DNA of 64,000 nucleotides from Phoronis australis (lineage: Eukaryota; Animalia; Phoronida). Numbering within the stretch: the first letter of the stretch is position 1; every line of letters begins with the position of its first letter. The stretch is from assembly GCA_002633005.1 (NCBI GenBank), contig NMRA01000301.1, positions 434,001-498,000 of the forward strand, given 5' to 3'. Made by a program: the position numbers and the translations under genes. Positions 38,962 through 52,430 of this stretch are shown piece after piece. The notes under the pieces are model-generated. The model worked only from the letters and a program-made list of their open reading frames with translations, ran no database searches and was not told the DNA's origin.

Positions 38962-39112
38962 GGTTCAGTTCACAGAGCTTGCACGGACCACTGGTGCCCT
39001 GAACTTAGGCCAAGGATTTCCCGACTTCTCCTGTCCAGACTACATGAAAGAGTTCCTCAGTAAGGCGACCACTCATGAGAATCATCTTCTGAATCAGTAC
39101 ACACGAGGGTTT
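38962..39112 (+). CDS. KYAT: KYAT-like coding exon 2
   Basis: VQFTELARTTGALNLGQGFPDFSCPDYMKEFLSKATTHENHLLNQYTRGF; AG/GT boundaries, phase consistent. Confidence 0.95.
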
Positions 39113-40472
39113 GTAAGTAATTAAGGTAACTGCAGTTCAGTTAACGAATTTCTAAACAATCTCAAGTAGAAGGAGCTAGGCGGCTCCATAACATCAGGGA
39201 GAACTGTATGACACTAAGTTCCAGAAGGTTTCCAGTCATAATGTATCATCGTGAGGTACTCTGCTGGTGAATTCTGTTTGCACGCAGTCATCATGTCAGG
39301 GAATTCTGGGTCATTTTGTCCAATTATTTTCGGTGAAATAATATGTGAAAATGTAATGTCTACGGTATTTGCCCTAATAACCACCCGGGGCACTTAGAAA
39401 AGTTCTTTTCGGGGGGGGGGCTTGTTATAACCCAAGGCGGTTGAAACCCGGTATCTCCGAAATGGGTGAAATCAGAAGCTAAGATTCATCATATTTAGGC
39501 TCTGTGACGTATCTGTAATCTATGAAAGTCTTCCTACAAAACCGTGGTGCTTTGCTATCAAACTTTGCTGCTAAATTACGATCGTTCAACAGAAAATTAT
39601 GCTGGGCGAAAACTCGCCGACTGACTGTCTCGCAATCGTCGATATGGCGACTTGAATGCTTGAATAAAAATACAGTTTCGTCTTAAGCAAATTACCTGAA
39701 ATCCTCCTTAAATTTTCCAAGTAACGTTCCTAAGATTTTTAAGTTCCCATGGAGTCGGGATTAACGACAGGTTTAAGTACAAATCTATGCTACGTCATGC
39801 CATCTACATGTATGATCAGCAACACGAGAAAAATGTCTGGACGAACACACGTTGTTGTCATGTGACGTTTGATTTGAAGTTCTTTTGTGTTTGTGAGTAG
39901 GCGAGCGCGTGCGTGTCATCAGAGTTCACTTGCCAGAGCAGAGAACATCTTTTGCATGCAGTCTAACGAGTTAGATGTGCATTGTACATGCACACACCCA
40001 GCCTTGAAAATGGGGGGGCTTGACTTTCTCTCGAAGTGGACGTTTTGCTCACAGAACATCGGGTGGACTAAAAAAATGGGGAACGTCTGCGTCTTTTTAG
40101 TGGACTTTTGTCTCGTTTTCTTGTACTTTTTGTTTCTCTAATTCGGACCTTTTTGCCCCCTGGGTGCACGCATGTTGTAGCTAAAGAAATTTGCACAAGC
40201 AGTAGGCCTTAACTAGAGTTTGTTTCATTTAGCACTTGCCGGTCTCATGTGCTAAAAACGTTCGACATTTGTCTCGGTAAGGCCCATATTAGTCGTCGTG
40301 TGGCTGGATGCGTATTTAACTATCTGACAGTTATTTTTCGGTGTAAGGGTGTGTAAACATTCACACACCAATTATGGTTAATCAAACAATCCGTCTTAAA
40401 AATAACGTAAACATTTTTATCGTATTAGAAACTGTCGGAAGTTAGTGCCAATCATAGACATATTAATATTAT

Positions 40473-40729
40473 ATCTCCATGATAGCAAGTAACAGCATAT
40501 GTTCACGAAAACAACAACGGATTTAAAACTTGACATGTTTCGGTGTCATTTATTAAACACCATCCTCAGAAGTCATAATACAGTGGCCACCTAGCTAGGC
40601 CCAGCAACAAGTAATGAAGCACAGATACAGTCAGTTACAGGGAGTGACAATGAACTATACCAACAATGACAACCTGTGGTGTGTCAGTTGCCTATTGAGA
40701 TTGGGCTTGCACCAACTGATATGTAAAGC
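40473..40729 (-). mobile_element. 3' end of a Penelope-like element
   Basis: Minus strand ALHISWCKPNLNRQL (GIY-YIG C-terminal signature) followed by a hammerhead core; cut by the N at 40730. Confidence 0.75.
40527..40574 (-). ncRNA. Minimal type I hammerhead ribozyme
   Basis: gacuu-CUGAGGA-u-GGUGU-uuaauaaaug-ACACC-GAAAC-au-GUC-aaguu: conserved core, stems I and II pair, GUC cleavage triplet. Confidence 0.75.
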
Positions 40730-43495
40730 NGGGTGCACGCATGTTGTAGCTAAAGAAATTTGCACAAGCAGTAGGCCTTAACTAGAGTTTGTTTCATTTA
40801 GTACTTGCCGGTCTCATGTGCTAAAAACGTTCGACATTTGTCTCGGTAAGGCCCATATTAGTCGTCGTGTGGCTGGATGCGTATTTAACTATCTGACAGT
40901 TATTTTTCGGTGTAAGGGTGTGTAAGCATTCACACACCAATTATGGTTAATCAAAAAATCCATCTTAAAAATAAGGTAAACATTTTTATAGTATTAGAAA
41001 CTGTCGAAAGTTAGTGCCAATCATAGACATATTAATATTATAGACCGGGCGCATACGCTACTGCAGCTGACAACTTGACGCTCTATTGGAGAGTGCTACT
41101 AGTCACGTGACATGGCTAATTGCCGTGTTAACAAATGGGGTAAATTGTTCTTTTCAAATTGCGATACCTAACAAATAAAGAGGCCGAAGAGTGTATTTTT
41201 TTTCCAGAAATTAATATACAAAAACGTTATGTAGCACTTGCATGCGTTGTTTAAGAGTTAATAAGTCGATAGGAGAAATATGAAACTAATAGAAGATCGC
41301 AACCAGTGGCAGATTCTTGAGTGGCCTGAGCGGCTGCACGGCTGTCAATCCACTGCGAGCGTTTTATTTTTTCGTTTTTTTCAAGAGAAACCACCAAGAT
41401 CGTGCAAATTTATCATTTAGTTCATGTCACTCGATGAAGAATACATTATATCCAGGAGACATGCCGCTCACTTGGTACATACTTTTGTAGTGCCCCAATA
41501 AGCCTTTTCACGGAGTGTTGAACAATGACCCCAGGTAACTTTAAAAAATTAAAATATAACTCGGGTGACTTTTAATGGGGTCTAAATTTAATGTGAACTG
41601 CTGTGAAAAATGACCTCATTTTGGTCATGTAAATAAATAACAGGTTTTTAAAGCTAAAGTTCATTAGGGCGTTGTCCCATTCAGTACAGCGGTTGTGAGC
41701 ATGTGATAACATCTAGCTCCTTCGTTAAATGCCGAGCATACTCTTTTGTCTGGTAGGACAACATGCAGATAAATTATCTACCAGGCTTGTAACCGATCAC
41801 ATGTGAACACAGTCAAACCCAGTATGTTGGTACGTTCAGACAGAATAGACTGTCTTAACTTCGTAGGGCTCCCAGTGTTTTCTGCCATTTTTATCCTGGG
41901 TAGCACTCTGCAATATGGCATCATATTGATGACGCGAGCTGCATGTATCTGAGTGTCTGTGGTGCCAATATTCATTTCTTGCCGATGCTATGCTACCCAT
42001 TTCATGAATAGATAGTTCCCGACTAATGTCTTTGATGACAGGTTCATGTATGCAGCGCACTTCCTGACCCCGTGCTTTTAACATTGGCCAAGCTTTTTAT
42101 TAGTCTTCGATTTGCGGTTTTCATGTGTAGACGTACAAAGAAATTTGGATTCCTGTTGAAAGCGGGAAAGAAGCAATCCTGTAGACAAGTACATTTGTAC
42201 GTCTGTTCTGAAAAGCCAGACCATTGGTCCTCGCAAGATCAGCAAAACTTATGTGTTTGTTTTGAGGCATGGCGGAAGTTTGAAGTGTATTAGTCACGGC
42301 TAAATTCCGCTATAACAGCAAGGCTCGGGGTCTACAAATTCTGCGTACAATGATTTTTTTCAGGACTGTCGGATATTATTGATAAATTGAAGACGTTACT
42401 GTAAAATTTTAGGGCTGTCGGTAAGGCATTTTTCGCATGTACATGTTCATGGACTGGGGGCTTATTTTAGCAAAGTCTGAAAACGCATGGGGGGGAGTGC
42501 TTATAGGGGCATGGGCGGTTATTATGGCGAATACAGTATAATAGCTATAACATTTAGTAAATAGAATAATATTGATAATTCACTATTTCACACTTTCGAG
42601 TTGAGCATGCTTACCACATGCACAGTAACATTACAGTTACCCAGGTTGTGTAAAAAGTCATTTTTTGCATTGTGGCCTATGGGTACCTGACAGTAAACTT
42701 GGAAGATTCACTTGAAATTATAGTAAATAAATGGTGAAAACAGCAAATGCCATAAGGAAATAAAAATTGAAGGCTTGTTTGGACATGAAAATTTTTAGAC
42801 TGACATTACGTTAGCTTTGATTCAAAAGGTATTGGCTTCGCTGGTTAGCTGTTGCTAGGGTAATTCGCAATTATTGTAATAATTTGTGATTGTAATCATG
42901 GAATATTAATTCACTCTTGATGTTTACTCTCCAAGTAAAGGTCTTTAAGTCAAAGCAACCATCCTGTATCAGCACTATAAATTGTCATTTAAAGCCTTCC
43001 TCAGAGGAATTGTTTTGCTATTCAGCCAAGCATTGCTTTAGCCATGGTTTTAGCACTCACACTCAGGCTTGTCACATGCTAGCCAGTCGCCAAGCTGTCA
43101 TTGGTGAATTCTGAGTGGAACTGGCGATGGTAAATTAAAGCCAATTCTTCGATTTGGCGAACATTTTGCAACTTATCAATATAAAATAATTTCGGAAAAC
43201 TACCAGTCAAGCCCGAGCAGCACTGAAATACTCGTTTTGTTCACGCAACCTAAGAATAGTAACCATGCATCCTGTGAAGCTGCCATTTGTTGACTGTACT
43301 ACCCCAGAAAATGTGATTTCGTAACTGGGTAGAGTGTTTAACTGTATGACGATATTTTAGGTAGGCTCAACAAGTTGACTTGATCTGGCTGTTCATTTTA
43401 TGCACTTTAAGCACAGAGCATAGTCTCAAGCAATAACAAACCATCTCATTTTCACTTTGTGTAATGTTGTTGAAATGTTTTCTTGCACTCAACAG

Positions 43496-43645
43496 GGTCA
43501 TCCTCGCCTTGTTAATGCCTTGTCCCGGCTCTTCTCCCCTCTAATTGGCCACGACATCAACCCATTTCAAGATATACTCGTCACCGTAGGAGCATATGAG
43601 GCACTTCACTGTTGCATTGTAGGACTAATCAATCCAGGAGATGAG
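43496..43645 (+). CDS. KYAT: KYAT-like coding exon 3
   Basis: GHPRLVNALSRLFSPLIGHDINPFQDILVTVGAYEALHCCIVGLINPGDE; cag/gt boundaries. Confidence 0.95.
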
Positions 43646-44319
43646 GTATTCTTTCTGTTCTGAAGTTCTCTATGTCATTTTTGAAAAATACATTTCATTA
43701 CCAACACCAGAGCCGAGGGATATCTTCTCTGACTTGGATAAAATAGAGTCCTTTGAGAGGTAGAAGTTTGCAACTATTTACAAGTCAATGATTATTTTTT
43801 TAATTGCTCTTTCTGTCAGAATTACTTTCCATGTTCCTCCTTGTGTTTTTGTGATTCCACATTATATACAACACACATTTATAGTGCATGTTGGTGTCAG
43901 CTCCATTTGGATGTTTGTCGTCCCAGCGACAGGCTATGGCCTGTGGCTTAGTCTGAAAAATCCCTTGAATGACAGATATGAAATATGCTCCTACGTGTTT
44001 GCAATTCTCTGTCATTCCTTAGATGAGCAACAGCTTTTTGTGAACAATAGTAAGTGAAATTGTAACTTATTTTGTTGGAAGGTGAACTATGAACTTGGTG
44101 TAGTATTTTTCTTCTCAATGTTATGCAATACCTCACTGACATGTCTGTGCATTCAGCCCATTGTCTACAAAAGTATATATTTTCTGAAAGTAGAAAGTAT
44201 GTTTCTGACATCACCTTCTCCATCTACCAAACTGCTTGAAGGATCGTTATTAAAATTTGGAGATGGGTTCCTCATCAAAAGACTGAGGCAGACATGTTGA
44301 ACTATATCAGTTTCAGACC

Positions 44320-44870
44320 AATCAAACTACAGCAGTGCTCCCTAGTGGCAATTTTATTTTTTGTGTTTGCCTCAGTAACTTCAGTGTTCCTTGATGCGTT
44401 TTATTAAAATTGGACAAATGAATTAATTTTCTATCATGAAGATGGCAGCAGCTTTCTTTTTTGTGATGGATTGGACATATTCTGCACCAACTAGTGGCCA
44501 TTTTAATTATTTTTAATCTGTCTTTTTTGTTGTTTGCTTCTGTGTCTACCAAAACGGGCAGAGAATCACTATGAAAATTGGCAGATGTGTTTCTACTGAC
44601 AAAACCTGCTTGACTGTCCTGGATTTTTAAATGGGTCCAACTACTTGTGACATTTTTCACATCTGGTTGTATCTCCTAAACCCCTTGCAAATTGTTTTTG
44701 AAAATTTGCAATTGTATTGACTGGACACCAGGTGGATGGATTGGACTTCTGCAGTGTTTTCTAATGTTTTTTTACATTAACTTGTATCTTTGAGTTTCTT
44801 TGACGGATTTTCATGAAATGTTTCAAATAATTTTAAGAGACAACAACACCTTCCCATTCTTCCTGAAGCA
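44320..44870 (+). repeat. Old diverged fragment of the HINE-like subrepeat family
   Basis: GTGCTCCCTAGTGGCAATTTT, GCACCAACTAGTGGCCATTTT, TGTATCTCCTAAACC, GGATTTTCATGAAAT. Confidence 0.7.
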
Positions 44871-45276
44871 AATTTTTCTAAGCGCCCTGTATGCTTATTA
44901 GGGCAAATACAGTAACTATTTTTGTAGGGTCTTACGTAAACTTAAATTATCTTTTGTTGACTAAAATGTAATTTCTGCTATGTAGTATGTATCCATTTCT
45001 CTGCCAGTCCAAGTTGCTGATACAAAGGTTATGCCAACGAACATCTTTAGTTTTGCTGTGAGTACAGCATATCAATTAGTGTGTAATTTAATACACTAAC
45101 GTTTGATAGATTATCAAATCTAATGCTTTATTACAACCTATATCAGTTTACATCGTCGTCTCTTAGCCTAATGAGTTGACCTTTGTTGATTTCTAATAGG
45201 AAGGGGAAATGAGCACAAAATTAATAACGAATCGTCATTTTCAAGTAATAATTAATTTTGCCTCACTGTATTCCAG

Positions 45277-45363
45277 GTTATAATCATTGAGCCGTTCTTT
45301 GACTGTTATGAGCCTATGGTTCGATTGGCTGGTGGTGTACCTGTGTTTATACCTCTGCGACCA
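45277..45363 (+). CDS. KYAT: KYAT-like coding exon 4
   Basis: [29 protein letters not shown]; ttccag/gtgagt. Confidence 0.95.
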
Positions 45364-45640
45364 GTGAGTAGTGCGATCATTATTTAGTTACGACTGTCAG
45401 CCTTTTTTCAGCACAAAGCTGTGTTGTTCACACAGGCTGAAATTGTAGGAGACAGTGTTTACTTCTAAATTGAACATTTTTGAAGCACGTAACTTTTGTT
45501 GGGAGGTTTAAGTTGTCCCTGACTGTATTTTGAGAATATATTTATAAATTATACCACAATATTAGCGTCAAATGGCAGATAAAACCGTGTAATAACCCAT
45601 AAAGTTATCTCACTAGTGAGATAACGATTTGGCGGGAAAC

Positions 45641-45711
45641 CGAGAACGGAGTCTAACCCGGGACCTTGGTATTGCTGATCGCCGACTTTAACCACTACAC
45701 CACGCAGCGAC
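45641..45711 (-). pseudogene. tRNA-derived sequence (tRNA pseudogene or SINE head)
   Basis: Minus strand A box TGGTGTAGTGG and B-box-like GGTTAGACTCC at tRNA spacing; acceptor stem does not pair well. Confidence 0.55.
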
Positions 45712-46254
45712 TTACGTCATCAAGAGTGAAAATAGAATACTTAAATGAGCACGCGCAATAATCGCACGTTCAACAAACCGCATTGTACTGTACTTATACG
45801 TTACGAAAAATAAGACACATAATTTCCATAAAAATGATATCTTAATTCAGTGAAATTTTTCTCTCATGTCCTCTTACTTGTAAATCACCGATCTCCAGTT
45901 TGAATGCGGGTATCGTGTCGTCAGGATCATTGACTTGAGAATTATATTCAGTTACCAGTGGTAACCTACTTTAGCAGACGATAATTTCCCGGTCGAAGCT
46001 TAGCGTGTAAAAAACGTGTTCTAAGTTATAATAGTTGCTTAACCTTAATTTAGAGATTCACTTCATTTCTATTTTGTTTTAATTTCCAATTGGTTTTGAG
46101 TATAAGCATTATTTGACAAAAATAGCTCGGCTTTTCTTAAAAGGTCACGACCTCCGACCCCGGGCCTCTGACATAGAAAGTAGTTACAAAGCCGAGGCGA
46201 GTCGAGAAAGGTAGATCGATTCATTGCAATGTTTCTCGTTTAGTATGTGGTATA

Positions 46255-46421
46255 AATAGATTATTACATGTTCTCAGTCGTTATCCCCCTTATCTAGAGC
46301 CCTCGTGGATTTTGTAGAATTATCACCCTCGGGGCTGACGCCCCTCGGGCAATAATTCTCCAAAATCCACTCGGGCTCTAGATAACGGGGGATAACGACT
46401 TCGCCATGTAATAATCTATAT
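46255..46421. mobile_element. Palindromic end typical of Crypton-like non-autonomous elements
   Basis: ATAGATTATTACATG...CCCTCGGGGCTGACGCCCCTCGGG...CATGTAATAATCTATAT; TATACCACA (45550) pairs with TGTGGTATA (46246), suggesting an extent of ~45545-46421. Confidence 0.55.
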
Positions 46422-47449
46422 TTATCATCTATATATTTTCTGCGTCTTTGATGAGCAGCAAATCCCTATCCATGTCTTAAAATGTTAGGAATCGTGTGAG
46501 CCCTATATTTTGTGTCATAATGAACATGGGTTAGTAATATTAATCCTGATCAAAAAACTTTGTCGTATTTGACTTATTTCTCTTTCACATGGCTTCATAA
46601 AGTTTGTTTTTCTAATTTTGATGTGCGACCACAAAAACCTGTTTTAAATACGGTACTTTGAAGTAAATTTCAAGTTAATGTGACATCCCGGATTTCTTTG
46701 TCATAAACCTTAGAATTGGTGTGCACACTTTTGGTTCAATCGAGTATCACATTTAAAAAAATTGTTTTGGAAATGGCCACAGCCCGAGTTTACATTTTGC
46801 TTAGAAAATTTACCTAATGCCCTCAAGAGGACAGACAAGCCTGTGACCTTCAAACTAGCTGTGCTGATAACCAACATAAAAAAATGTCAAAACTTCGAAG
46901 TTGTGTTGGAGAGCTGTTTTTTTTTCAGTTGATAAGAAAAGACTTCTTAGCTCTGCTGTGAAGTGGTGGTGTAGTGACATCATGTTTATAATCTGTTAGC
47001 CTATTTACACCAACCTGCGTAACTGAAGCTGACCCACCCAGTTTATTTTGGAAAAAAACATACGAAACAGGAGAAAATTTGATGCAGGACTGCTGAAATT
47101 CCTGTAGGCGATGAGAGAAATAAGTGTTCAGAACGTCTTATCTAATGTAATTAGGCTAGAAGTTGGCGTAAATGCTACGACCTATAGACTTTAGAAATGA
47201 TATTGATTAAGGAAGGGTAAGAATTCTTTTTGTCTGTTGCGCCCATAAGGATGAAATTGCGTGGTTGCAATAATTGGGCTTCAAATTTGGACTGAAGTGT
47301 CATGATTGAGAACATGAAAATGAACTATAAAGATTGACTTGTGTTAAAGTAATTTTTGATGATTCACCTTTTGCACATCAAATGATTACGAATTGGCAAG
47401 TGTAGCTGTAGACGTAGAAAATAATTCTTGTTACAACGTGTCTTGTTAA

Positions 47450-50400
47450 TTTTTTAGTCACTGGGCTCATTATGCCATCAACCATATCTGTCCATCTGGC
47501 ATCCATCTGGCATCTGTTTGGCATCTGTTGCTGTTTCTCCAAAACCCTTGAATAATCGTTCATGAACCTTTGCAGAATGTTCCATCATGGATAGGATGGG
47601 TTGAATGAATTTTGCTCCCTAGTGGCAATTTTATCTTTGGAGTTCCATAACCGATTTTTATGCACCCATACATTAATATGTGGGTGCATGTTGCTGTCAT
47701 CTCTGTCTGGGTGTCTGGTGCCTGCTGCTATGTGTCATAAACCGCTGGTGGTATCATAACAGGGTTGATGTTTTCTGCCCCATGTGGTGGCTATTTTTTT
47801 GTTTTTTTTGTGTCCGTTTCCTGGCATCCACCTCGCTGTCTGCCATACTGCTTAAAGGATCATTATGAGAATTGTTCCTGATGAAAGGGGCATGACGGAA
47901 GTTGACTTTCTGATGGGTCTGACTACTGTGTCACCCCCTAGTGGAAATTTTGTTGTTTTTGCGTCTGCAGCCAAATCTCCTTAACCATTTGAAGCTTTTT
48001 GAAATTTGAAAGATGCATTCCTATGGAGCCATCGACAAACATTAACGAGTGTAGAACTGATCCAAATACCACTGTGCCCCCTAGTGACAAAATGTTTTTT
48101 ATGCGCCCACATATATATATGTGGACGCATTATGCCGTCATCTCCATCCGTCCGTCCGTCTGGGCGGCGTCCGTCGTCCAAAACCCTTTGACATACGGTC
48201 ATAAAATTTAGCACATATGTTCCATTTATGAATGGGACGGCATGAGTGAACTTTCGGATGGATACGACTACCGGTGTGCCCCCTCGTGGCAATTTTATTT
48301 TTGTTTGCTTACCTTTGTATCTTCAAAAGTCCTGAACGGATTTTCATGAAATTTGCTATGTAGGCACCTATTAGTCAGATGACGATATCAACTCGTTTTC
48401 GGATGGATTCGACGTAGTTTGCGCCCCATAGTGGCCATTTTTACTATTTTCGAATCTGTTTTTTGCGTCTATCCCTCTAACAACCAAACCGCTCAAAGGA
48501 TGATTGTGAAAATTGGCGTGCAGGTGCTTACTATGAAGAGGACGGTTGACGATGATTTTTCGGCGATTTTGAGTACTGTGGCGACTCCTAATGGCAGTTT
48601 TGTTTTTTTTTTTGTGCCTATGGCTGTATCTCCTAAAATGTTCGCAGGATCTTTACAAATTTTGTAAGTATATTTATATGATGTTAACAACGGACGACGA
48701 CGACTTTTGGACAGATCCGAGTAGTGGTTTTTCCCCCTAGTGGCAATTTAATTTTTTTACGTTTACCTTTGTATCTTCAAAAGCTCTTAACGGATTTTCA
48801 TTAAATTTAATGTGTAGGCACCTATTAGTGAGGTGACGCTATCATCCCGTTTTCGGATGGATTCGACATAGTTTGCGCCACTTAGTGGCCATTTTTACTG
48901 TTTTCTAGTCTGTTTTTTTGCATCCATCCCTCTATCAACCAAACCACTCAAAGGATGATTGTGAAAATTGGCATGTATGTGCTTGCTATAAAGAAGACAG
49001 TTGACGATGATTTTCCGATGATTTCGAGTACTGTGGCAGTTTTGTTTTTTTTGTGCTGTATCTCCTGAACCGTTTGCAGAATCTTTACTTAATGTAGCAA
49101 GTGTATTTATATGATGTCGACTATGGATGACGACGACTTTTGGACAGATCTGACTACTGCTGTGCCCCCTAGTGGCAATTTTAGTTTTTTACGTTTAACT
49201 CTCAGTATCTTCAAAGGTCCTCAACAGATTTTCATAAAATTTTAAATATAGGTATCTATTGGTGTGATGACGCTATCTCTCTGTTTTTGGATGGAATCGA
49301 GGTATTTTGCACCACCTGGTGGCCATTTTTGCTTTTTTCAAGTCTTGTTTTTGGTGTCCACCCCTGTATCAACCAAATCATTTGAAAATTGGCATTATGT
49401 TCTCAGTGTGAAGACGACCTTTGATGATGGTGACTGTGGCGCCTCCTACTGGTAGTTTTGTTTTGCGCCCATAGTTGTTTCTCCTGAACCCACTGCAGTA
49501 TCTTTACTAAATTTAGTAAGTGTATTAAATACGAAGATAATAACAGACGACGAAGACTTTCAGGCGGATCCAACGAACACTGTGCCCACTAGTGGCAATT
49601 TCATTTATTCTGTTTTCCTTTGTTTCTCTGAAGTTTCTTGACAGATTTTTATGAAATATGGCATGTTCCTGTTTTTGGATGGATTGTATGTTTTCGTGCC
49701 ATCTAGTGGCCATTTTTATGTTACAAATAAATAACCCTAAAAGCACACCATTTGCAATGCATTCGTGGGCGCATTTCAATGCTCTGCATTGCTCTTCTTA
49801 TGTTTGCCTCTGTATCTTTGGAGCTCATAATTTATTTTCGTGAAATTGGGCAAATATATTTCTATTATTAAGGCAACAATGCTTTCCAATTTTCAGACAG
49901 ATTTGATGTTTTCTACGCCACCTGGTGGCCATTTTTATTATTTCTGCATCTGTCTTGCATCCACCTCCCTATCTGCCATACCGCTTAAAGGGGTCATTAT
50001 GAGTATTTACACATAAATACCTGATGAGGAGACCATGATTGAAGTTGACGAGTCCTACTGCTGTGTTGCCCCTCAGAGGTGATTTTGTTTTTTTTTTGCG
50101 TTTTCGGTTGAATCTCATTAACGGTTTGAAGGAGCTTTGTGGAATTTGAAAGCAGTGTTCCTGTGGAGCAAATGACAAATGGTAACAAATGCAGAACTAA
50201 TCAAAATACCACTGTGCCCCAAAGTAACAAAATATTTTTTACGTTTAGCTGACAAAAACTGTATATTTGGAGTTCATGAATGTATTTTGAATCATGAAAT
50301 TCGTCATATAGGTTTGTATCAAGGAGACGACAATGCTTTCCCATTTTTGGACAGATTTGATGTTCCCTGAGCCACTTAGAGGCCATTTAAAAATTTCCAT

Positions 50401-52430
50401 GCATGTTTTTGACATCTGCCTTTCTATCTGCCAAACCACTCAAAGGATGATTATGAAAATTGACGGTTGTGTTCCTGATGCGAAGACCCTGCCTGATGTT
50501 GATATTCGGATGTTTTTGACTATTCTGGTGCCCCTGAAGGCAATTTTGCTTTTTTTGTGTCTGTGGCTGTATCTCCTGAACCCTTTCTAGCCTCTTCTAT
50601 AGAGATGGCAACAGATTACGATGAGTATCAGACCAATCGGACTATAGCTGTGCCCCCTAGTGTCAATTATTTTTCACATTTATATCTTAGGAGGTCCTTG
50701 GGTTATTTTCAGGAAATTTGGCAAATAGTTGTGTTTCACAGAGACAACGCCACCTTCTCAATTCAGATAGATTTGACGCATTTTGCGTCAGTTCTTCGAA
50801 TGGCCATTTTTATGATACTAAAATCACCCACAGAAGCACACCGTTTTCGGTGCTATCGTAGGCGTATTTCAACACTCTGCATTACTCTTGTTTGCATTTG
50901 TCTCTGTATCTTAGGAGTTTCTTGGCTTACTTTCATGAAATTTGGCAAATAGTTGTGTATTACACAGACAGCACCACCTTCTTTGTTTGGACAGATTTGA
51001 TGCATTTTGGGCCATCTAGTGGCCACTTTTATGATAAAAACACCCATGTAGAAGCACACTGTTTACGGTGCTGTCGTGGGCACATTTCAATGCTCGGCAT
51101 TGCTCTTGTTCTGAACTTTGGCAAATAGCTTTGTATTAGAGGGATGATGACGCATTCCCAATTTTGAATGGGTTCAGCGTGTTCTGCACCATCTAATGTC
51201 CGTTTTATGTTATTAAAAACAATACTAGAAGCACTCCAGTTATGGTAGAATTGTGGGCGCATTTCAACTCTCCACGTTCTTCTTCTTGTGAAATTTGGCA
51301 ATAGGTATCTACTTTAGGGCTGTATTATGTGCCACCTAGTGGCTATTTCTACTGTTTTATGTGCCCACATATATTTAATATGGTCGCATATTGCCGTCAT
51401 CTCTGTCTGGACATCCGACATCTGGTTGTTCGCAGGTGTATCCCTGAAACGACTCACAGGATATTGATGAGATTTGGCAGATGTGTTCCTATGAAGCTGA
51501 CGACAAATGACAACGAATTTTGGAGCTCTCCCAGTACCGGTGCGCCCCCTAGTGATATTTTTAGCTTTTTACGCTTACCTCTGTATCTTCAGAGGTCTTC
51601 AACAGATTTTCATGAATGCTCTACAGGATCTTTATTGAGTTTTGCTGGGTATTTATATGAAGTTAACAACAAAGCACAACGACTTTTGGATGCATCCGAC
51701 TACTGGTTTGTCCCCTAGTGGCAATTTTAGTTTCTTACGTTTAGTTCTTTATCTTCAAAGCTCATTAATGGATTTTCATAAAATTCAGCAGGTAGGCATC
51801 TATTAGTGAGGTGACACTACCTGTCAGTTTTCGGTAGAATTTGAAGCATTTTGCACCACCTAGTGGCCATTTTTACTGTTTTTGAATCTTGTTATTTGGT
51901 GTTTCCCCTCTGTCAACCAAACCACTCGAAGGATAGTTGTGGAAATTGGCATGTAAGCTCCTAATGTGAAGAGGAAGTTTGACAGTGGTTTTCCGACCTT
52001 TTCATTTACTGTTGCACTTCCTAGTGGCAGTTATGTGTTTTTGTGTCTATAGCCTCCTAGTGCCAATTTCATTTTTTTCGTTTTCCACGGTTTCTCAGAA
52101 GTTCCTTGACAGATTTTTATGAAATAGCTTTGATGACACATACCAGTTTTCTGATGGATTCGACGTATTTTGCGTCATCTAATGGCCATTGTTACGTTCC
52201 AAATAATCACTCCTAGAAGCAAACTGTTTGCGGTGCATTCATGAGTGCATTTCAACGCTATGCGTTGCTCTTGTTTAGTCTGTTTTTGGCATCCATCTCT
52301 CGGCCAAACCACTTTGAGGACTATGAAAATTGGTGTATATGTTTCTGCTGTGAAGAACATTTGGACGACTCGGACTATTGTTGCATCCCCTAGTAGTGTT
52401 TTATTTTTGTGTGTTTGTGGCTTATTTTCT
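47450..52430 (+). mobile_element. Compound HINE-like element cluster with ~150-bp subrepeats (KYAT intron)
   Basis: Hairpin heads at ~47655, 48096 and 51355; (GTCC)n tract; recurring CCCCTAGTGGC / CCACCTAGTGGCC. Confidence 0.85.

Larger units (their letters stand above)
39363..42536. mobile_element. TA-flanked non-autonomous DNA transposon (Tc1/mariner-pogo-like ends)
   Basis: TA-CGGTATTTGCCCTAATAACC ... GGTTATTATGGCGAATACAG-TA; a related orphan end at ~44878-44913. Confidence 0.65.

Noticed and set aside
41778-42084. Possible transposase fragment in the TA-flanked element
   Set aside because: No DDE, HTH or other motif could be identified with confidence.
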